Below, one piece after another: positions 59,341-64,000 of a stretch of DNA of 64,000 nt. Both the position numbers and the translations under genes were made by a program. The DNA lies in assembly GCA_009783145.1 (NCBI GenBank), contig WRHR01000002.1, positions 34,834 to 98,833 on the forward strand. Reading direction: 5' to 3'. The DNA comes from Alphaproteobacteria bacterium. GTDB taxonomy: Bacteria > Pseudomonadota > Alphaproteobacteria > Rs-D84. Within the stretch, counting starts at the first letter, position 1, and the number at the start of each line of letters is the position of its first letter. Below the pieces are notes generated by a model. It was not told where the DNA came from, made no database searches, and worked only from the letters and a program-made list of their open reading frames with translations.

Positions 59341-60586
59341 CTGTTCCCGATTTTGCTTCTTTCTTGTCTCCGTCTTCGGCTTTTTTCTCCGGCTCTTTTC
59401 CCGTTGCCGCGTTCCACAGGATTGTTCCCGTTTTCTTCGCGAAATCAAAAGTATTCTGTCCGATTTTTAATGCGTCTTCGCCCAGCTTGTCGCCAATGGG
59501 GTGCCTTTCTTCTATATTGAACGTTTTATGTATCTCTTTCGCCACATCCCCGATATGGTCGGCCAGGTATTGCACGACATAGATCAGGACTATGACCCCG
59601 CCCAGCGTTACCATCGCCAGATTGTCGCCCTCCAGATCGCCCGCGAAAACGCTGCCATCCATTATGCCTTTGGCGAGAGCGGCGCTGTCCGCTCCGGGGC
59701 TGGAAAAGAACTTCGCGACAATCGTCATTATCACGACATAGGTTATCACGACCGTTGCCAAGGACACTATGGAGTTTATCACATTTCGGAAGTATCCTTT
59801 TTCGCCGACTATGGCGGTCCCGATGCTTTTCACCCACTTGGCGGACTCGCCGAATTGGGCGTTTTGTATTACGAAAAAGACCAGCATTATCGGAAAGAAG
59901 AACGCGAAGAATGTAAGGTCTATGATCACGTCCACAAAGTAAAAGCAGAATTTTATGAACAGCCTGAAAAACGACCAGACAATAAAAAGCCCCATAAAGA
60001 ACAGCATTATATGCTTTATAAGATTGCTGACCGGCCAAAGGGCTTTCCAAGTGAGCGAATGGTCCACAATCACCATTCCCATCTTCATCATCGCCTGGAA
60101 CTGAGTAATGCTGGTCTTCATCAAAAGGACTATGCGGTCGCGGAGCTCGGGCCGGTAAAACCCGTTGTCCGGCATCTGTTCGGTTCTGTATACTACTTTT
60201 TCCGAGACCTTTCCTTCTTCGGTATTCAGCATGGAATGAGTATATACCAGGGTCATATCGGCAACGGGCTCGAAAGTTATAGTAGTGATAAACCGCGGCA
60301 CCATAACGCCCAGCCCAAGGATGGCGATAACGACAAGCGAGTTTATCATAACCGGTTTGAAATATTTCTGATACGTCGGGTCAATATCGTCGGATTTCAG
60401 ATTCTGCAGGACCGCATACAAGACGTAAAAGGCGACAAACACGGACAGCAATACGGCCGCCAGCAACGCCATCTTGTCATAAATCGCGGCAGCCGCGGCG
60501 CTGATTACCTGGAACAGGCGGTCGAATATTGGGCAGCTCCAGCACTGCACGGTTTTACCAACAAAAGTGTCTATTAATGTGTTCAT
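59327..60586 (-). CDS. VirB6/TrbL-like protein, paralog B
   Basis: 419 aa; CWSCPIFDRLF motif, polytopic, KE-rich C-tail. Confidence 0.55.
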   Translation of the reverse strand: MNTLIDTFVGKTVQCWSCPIFDRLFQVISAAAAAIYDKMALLAAVLLSVFVAFYVLYAVLQNLKSDDIDPTYQKYFKPVMINSLVVIAILGLGVMVPRFITTITFEPVADMTLVYTHSMLNTEEGKVSEKVVYRTEQMPDNGFYRPELRDRIVLLMKTSITQFQAMMKMGMVIVDHSLTWKALWPVSNLIKHIMLFFMGLFIVWSFFRLFIKFCFYFVDVIIDLTFFAFFFPIMLVFFVIQNAQFGESAKWVKSIGTAIVGEKGYFRNVINSIVSLATVVITYVVIMTIVAKFFSSPGADSAALAKGIMDGSVFAGDLEGDNLAMVTLGGVIVLIYVVQYLADHIGDVAKEIHKTFNIEERHPIGDKLGEDALKIGQNTFDFAKKTGTILWNAATGKEPEKKAEDGDKKEAKSGTEEKK

Positions 60587-60665
60587 TTACGATTTACGAT
60601 TTACGATTTACGATTTACGATTTAAGGAGTCAAATCGCAAATCGTAATTCGTAAATATTAAATTA
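60587..60665. repeat. Family F heptamer-array hairpin filling the gap between paralogs B and A
   Basis: (tttacga)x5-tttaaggagtcaa-(atcgcaa)(atcgtaa)... Confidence 0.85.
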
Positions 60666-61946
60666 TTTTCCTTTTACCCACCCCAGCGCTTTCCCCGCCT
60701 TCTTGCCCCATTCGTTCACGTTCTTGTATGCTGTTTTGGTGTCCGCTTTCGCGTTATCGTACAGCTTGGTCATACTCTTATCCTTATCGGCGCCCGTATA
60801 TTTCATCAGTTGCTCTTTCGTCTCGTCAAAGATTTTGAACATCAAAAAGAACGTAAGCAGCGCGGACAGCCAGACGATGGAATGCCCTCCGAATCCCATC
60901 GCCCCGTCCCCGTTCCCCGAGAATGCGGGACCGTTAAAGTTAAACAAGGCGCGCACCGCCGCGATATTGATCGCCAATATAAACACGCATGCAATCATAG
61001 TTATAACCAGCTTCTTCAAGCTGTCTATTATACCCCCGAATGCGGGCCACGGATCAATCCATTTATCCGAGTCTTTCGCAACAAACATCAGGACTTTGAA
61101 CGGGTACAGCATCAAGGCCATTCCGAACTCGAAGATGCCCTGGATTATCAACAATGCCATAAAGAAGTTGCTGGACACAAAAGCAAATACCAGGAAAATC
61201 CCCGTAATCAGATTCAATAAATCCCGCCCGCCGTTCGGGACAAGATTGGCCATTCCAGTCAAGCCGGATGTTATGAATGTCAGCCCGCGCTTTATTATCT
61301 GATTATTGACATGGGTTATATCGGCGACGGGTTGGACCAGGAATTGGCAACTTTCTTTTGAGATATACTCTTTTTTTATGATGTTTTCCGGGCATTCAAT
61401 CTGCCGCGCGCCGGCGAACTCATTATTTTTATTTATGATTTCGGAAATGCTGTGCGTATAAAGCGCGCCAAAGCGCAGGAAAGGATCGACCACGACTTGC
61501 GTGACATATTGGGGCTTTACCTGCAAAAGCAATCCGGCGGCGATGATTCCGCGCAAGGCGGGCTTTACCAGGTCCTCGGAAATTTTCAGCGCGGACGCTT
61601 TGCCTTCCCACATCTGTCCGCCTTTCATTCCGAAAAAGGACAGCCAGCTTGGCGGCAGATACATCTTGACCAGATACATTCCGATAAAAAAGCCCAGCCA
61701 TCCCCAAACGAACAAGTAAATAATCCCGTCGCCCTTGCCGACAAAGAACTCGTACCCCGCCATAGCGATGGACATGAACGAGTCCAAAACTATGGGAACA
61801 AACGGGGACAAGTCCAGGCCGTCCACCAGCCCCCAAGCGGCATGCGCCCCAAGGGGCGCAGAGCATAGAGCAAAGAGCAAAGAGCATAGATAAAAGAGTT
61901 TTCTCGAGAATTTCATCCAATCCTGATTATAGCATAAAAAGCCCAA
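60663..61946 (-). CDS. VirB6/TrbL-like protein, paralog A (true start probably MKFSRK about 61913)
   Basis: Signal peptide LFYLCSLLFALCSAPLGAHA, CQFLVQPVADI motif, polytopic. Confidence 0.55.
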   Translation of the reverse strand: MGFLCYNQDWMKFSRKLFYLCSLLFALCSAPLGAHAAWGLVDGLDLSPFVPIVLDSFMSIAMAGYEFFVGKGDGIIYLFVWGWLGFFIGMYLVKMYLPPSWLSFFGMKGGQMWEGKASALKISEDLVKPALRGIIAAGLLLQVKPQYVTQVVVDPFLRFGALYTHSISEIINKNNEFAGARQIECPENIIKKEYISKESCQFLVQPVADITHVNNQIIKRGLTFITSGLTGMANLVPNGGRDLLNLITGIFLVFAFVSSNFFMALLIIQGIFEFGMALMLYPFKVLMFVAKDSDKWIDPWPAFGGIIDSLKKLVITMIACVFILAINIAAVRALFNFNGPAFSGNGDGAMGFGGHSIVWLSALLTFFLMFKIFDETKEQLMKYTGADKDKSMTKLYDNAKADTKTAYKNVNEWGKKAGKALGWVKGK

Positions 61947-61973
61947 TCAAATTATGATATAATTGATAAAAAC

Positions 61974-63368
61974 ATGACCCGCTGGCGCAAATTTTGGATA
62001 ATTTTTCTTTCTTTCCTCCCCTTCGGCGCGGGGGCGGTTGCTCCGTTGGTAATCGGGCTGATTGCCGGCGGGATTTCAATCGCAGGTTTTTCAATTTACC
62101 GGTCTATGTCGCCCGTTAATATGCAGGACGCGCTCTCGTTCTTTTCCAGTTGCTGGTCATGCGGCATATTCAACGACATAATGCTGGCCATGTCCGATAT
62201 TTTGCCGAAAATCTATTCCGCAATCGGCGAGTTCTGCGTGCCTATGGCATTCGCGCTTACGGCCGTTTACTTCGGCTGGGAAATCTTAAAGGGCTATATC
62301 GGCGTGGGAAAGCAGCCCGATGCATGGAGCATTTCGGGCCAATTCGGCACGCACTTGGTAAAACTGGCACTCGTCGTCGCGCTTTTTCTGTTCCCTTTGC
62401 CGCGCTTCATAACGAACGTCGCGATAGAGCCCATATTCAACGTCGGCCTATCCCTTGGGCATGCGGTTGACGGCAAGTTCGCCAAGGGTACCGCCAGCGA
62501 GCATTCGTTCGAGTCCTGCCTGGTCGCGACCGCAGTGATGGACCCGTCCAGCGCAGAGCTCGCAGCAAAAGGGGGCCTGTCCCCCGAAGCCTTGGCGAAG
62601 GGGGGCGCTTTTTCACCAAAGCTGCGCCATAACATGACATGCCAACTGGGCCAGGTCCATCAGATGACGGGGCTGGGCCTGACCGCAGGCTGGACCATTA
62701 TGAACATGGCGTTCAACGGCGAATATATGCACAAGCTGATCATCCCGATATTCCCGAACGTGGCGATGTTCTTGGCGGGAATGCTGGTTACGGTATTGTT
62801 TTTCTTTGCGCTGATTCCCGTGCCGCTTTACTTTCTGCTGACTTTCATAAGACTGTCGATGAACCTGGTGATGCTTCCGCTGATGCTGTTGGGGTGGCTT
62901 TTCGAAGGATGGCAAATATTTCCCCAAGGCAACAAGCCCAAAATTATCATCGACCAGGTGGTTCAGGATTCTCTGGGCATCGCGATGGTCGGGATATTTA
63001 CGGCCTTTTCGGTATTGTTCCTGAATGCGGCGTTCGGCAAATGGGGGGGCGCGAGCGTATTGCAGACCGCATTGGAGACAAACGATTCGCATTATCTTAT
63101 AGACGGCCTGATGATGAATAACGGAAGCCTGATCACGATACTGATGCTGGGAATATTCCTGGCTATGTTTATGAACTCCATACCGGCGCTGACCCAAGCA
63201 TTGTTCGGCGAGGTCAAAATCCCGGAAGATTACTATAAGAAAGCCCGCGACGACCTGAAAAAAATCAGCGGAAATGTGACTGACTGGTGGAAAAAAGTCA
63301 GCAAGGCAAATAAAGGTGAAAGTGCAGGTGCAAGTGAAAGTGGAAATGCAAACAAAACAACTAACTAA
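61974..63368 (+). CDS. VirB6/TrbL-like protein, paralog E (opposite strand to A-D)
   Basis: 464 aa; CWSCGIFNDIM motif; C-tail GESAGASESG coded by a hairpin arm. Confidence 0.55.
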   Translation: MTRWRKFWIIFLSFLPFGAGAVAPLVIGLIAGGISIAGFSIYRSMSPVNMQDALSFFSSCWSCGIFNDIMLAMSDILPKIYSAIGEFCVPMAFALTAVYFGWEILKGYIGVGKQPDAWSISGQFGTHLVKLALVVALFLFPLPRFITNVAIEPIFNVGLSLGHAVDGKFAKGTASEHSFESCLVATAVMDPSSAELAAKGGLSPEALAKGGAFSPKLRHNMTCQLGQVHQMTGLGLTAGWTIMNMAFNGEYMHKLIIPIFPNVAMFLAGMLVTVLFFFALIPVPLYFLLTFIRLSMNLVMLPLMLLGWLFEGWQIFPQGNKPKIIIDQVVQDSLGIAMVGIFTAFSVLFLNAAFGKWGGASVLQTALETNDSHYLIDGLMMNNGSLITILMLGIFLAMFMNSIPALTQALFGEVKIPEDYYKKARDDLKKISGNVTDWWKKVSKANKGESAGASESGNANKTTN

Positions 63369-63395
63369 CCCTTTCACCTGCACTTGCACCTGCAC
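63314..63395. repeat. Hairpin (gtgcaggtgcaagtg / cacttgcacctgcac) spanning the stop codon of virB6 paralog E
   Basis: 15-bp perfect stem, one arm coding, the other just 3' of the stop. Confidence 0.55.
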
Positions 63396-63574
63396 GATTC
63401 GCCAGAAAGTCAAGTTTTTTATTTTTTCGGGCGGGATTTTTTTTGGCTTCCGAATCTGATATAATTTTCTTTGATGAATTGTGAACCGCTGAATTCTCCG
63501 ACTTTATTCTGGCCCAAAAGCCGATGCCGCGATTCGGACGTCTATCAAGCGGCAAGGCGCGTTATTTCGGATAA

Positions 63575-64000
63575 ACATGGCGAAATGCCAAGGGTGGCAT
63601 CCAATGACCTCGATATGGCGGAGTTCTTCAAGGCCGGCCCGGACACGATTCTTTACTATCCAGTGTTTGCGAATTCGGTCGGCTGGTGGGGAGAGCTGCT
63701 GGGCGGCGGGGCGCGCGTATGCGACCAGTTGAAGATATCGCCGGAATGCAGGCTGATGGCGATAACGGGCACCCAAGAGTCCCCCTTCGCCAAGGCTACG
63801 GCGGACAGGCCAGCGCCCAAAAATCAGAACCTCCTGTTCGCGGCCGAGATTTTTCCAACCCCCGGATTTTTCAAGAAACTCGCATCGGTCGGGGCAACCA
63901 TATCCGATATGCTGGCGACAGAATCCGGCACTGCTTTGGCTCTTTTCTCCAGCAAAAATCAAAGCAAATTCCAAAATTTCATAGAATCCACGGGCAACTT
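63575..64000 (+). CDS. 5' portion of an unknown protein running off the right edge (MPRVASNDLDMAEFFKAGPDTILYYPVF...)
   Basis: GC3-rich open frame to window end; preferred over the antisense minus ORF 63504-63974. Confidence 0.35.

Noticed and set aside
63504-63974. Minus-strand ORF 63504-63974
   Set aside because: The opposite-strand frame is open to the window edge with GC3-rich codons, so the minus ORF is likely its antisense shadow

Overview
This 64-kb window looks like an alphaproteobacterium of the Rickettsiales/Holosporales-like intracellular type, with about 50 % GC and almost every gene on the minus strand. Housekeeping content includes dnaX, yidC, lspA, a KefB-type antiporter, rsmA, recR, rsmE, dacA with a SPOR domain, pyk, pyrG, truA-fmt-def, rmuC, a marR-tolC-adaptor-acrB efflux operon, and the division/cell-wall genes mraY-ftsW-murG without murD. 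A complete linked rrn operon sits on the minus strand in the order 16S, tRNA-Ala, tRNA-Ile, 23S, 5S. It carries a roughly 150-nt expansion in 16S V1, an intervening sequence in 23S helix 25, and a 2.6-kb foreign cassette (RloB-like + AAA_21 ATPase, AbiL-like, plus an HNH-like protein) inserted between the 5S 3' end and the native rrn terminator, flanked by a perfect 26-bp direct repeat. Type IV secretion parts present are an orphan virD4 and five tandem virB6-like paralogs, one of them inverted, directly upstream of the division genes. Two paralogous large Cys-rich secreted proteins sit in an apparent operon with an AT-rich nucleotidyltransferase-fold gene. The dominant unusual signal is a very high density of hairpin elements whose arms are inverted arrays of tandem 7-nt units, with a different heptamer at each family of loci. 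They fill intergenic gaps, several share a central palindrome TGTCCATTATAATGGACA, and some lie in-frame inside CDS or donate N-terminal signal peptides. A second family of elements resembles Rickettsia palindromic elements, including one in-frame inside rsmE. Product calls are by motif recognition only; no searches were run.
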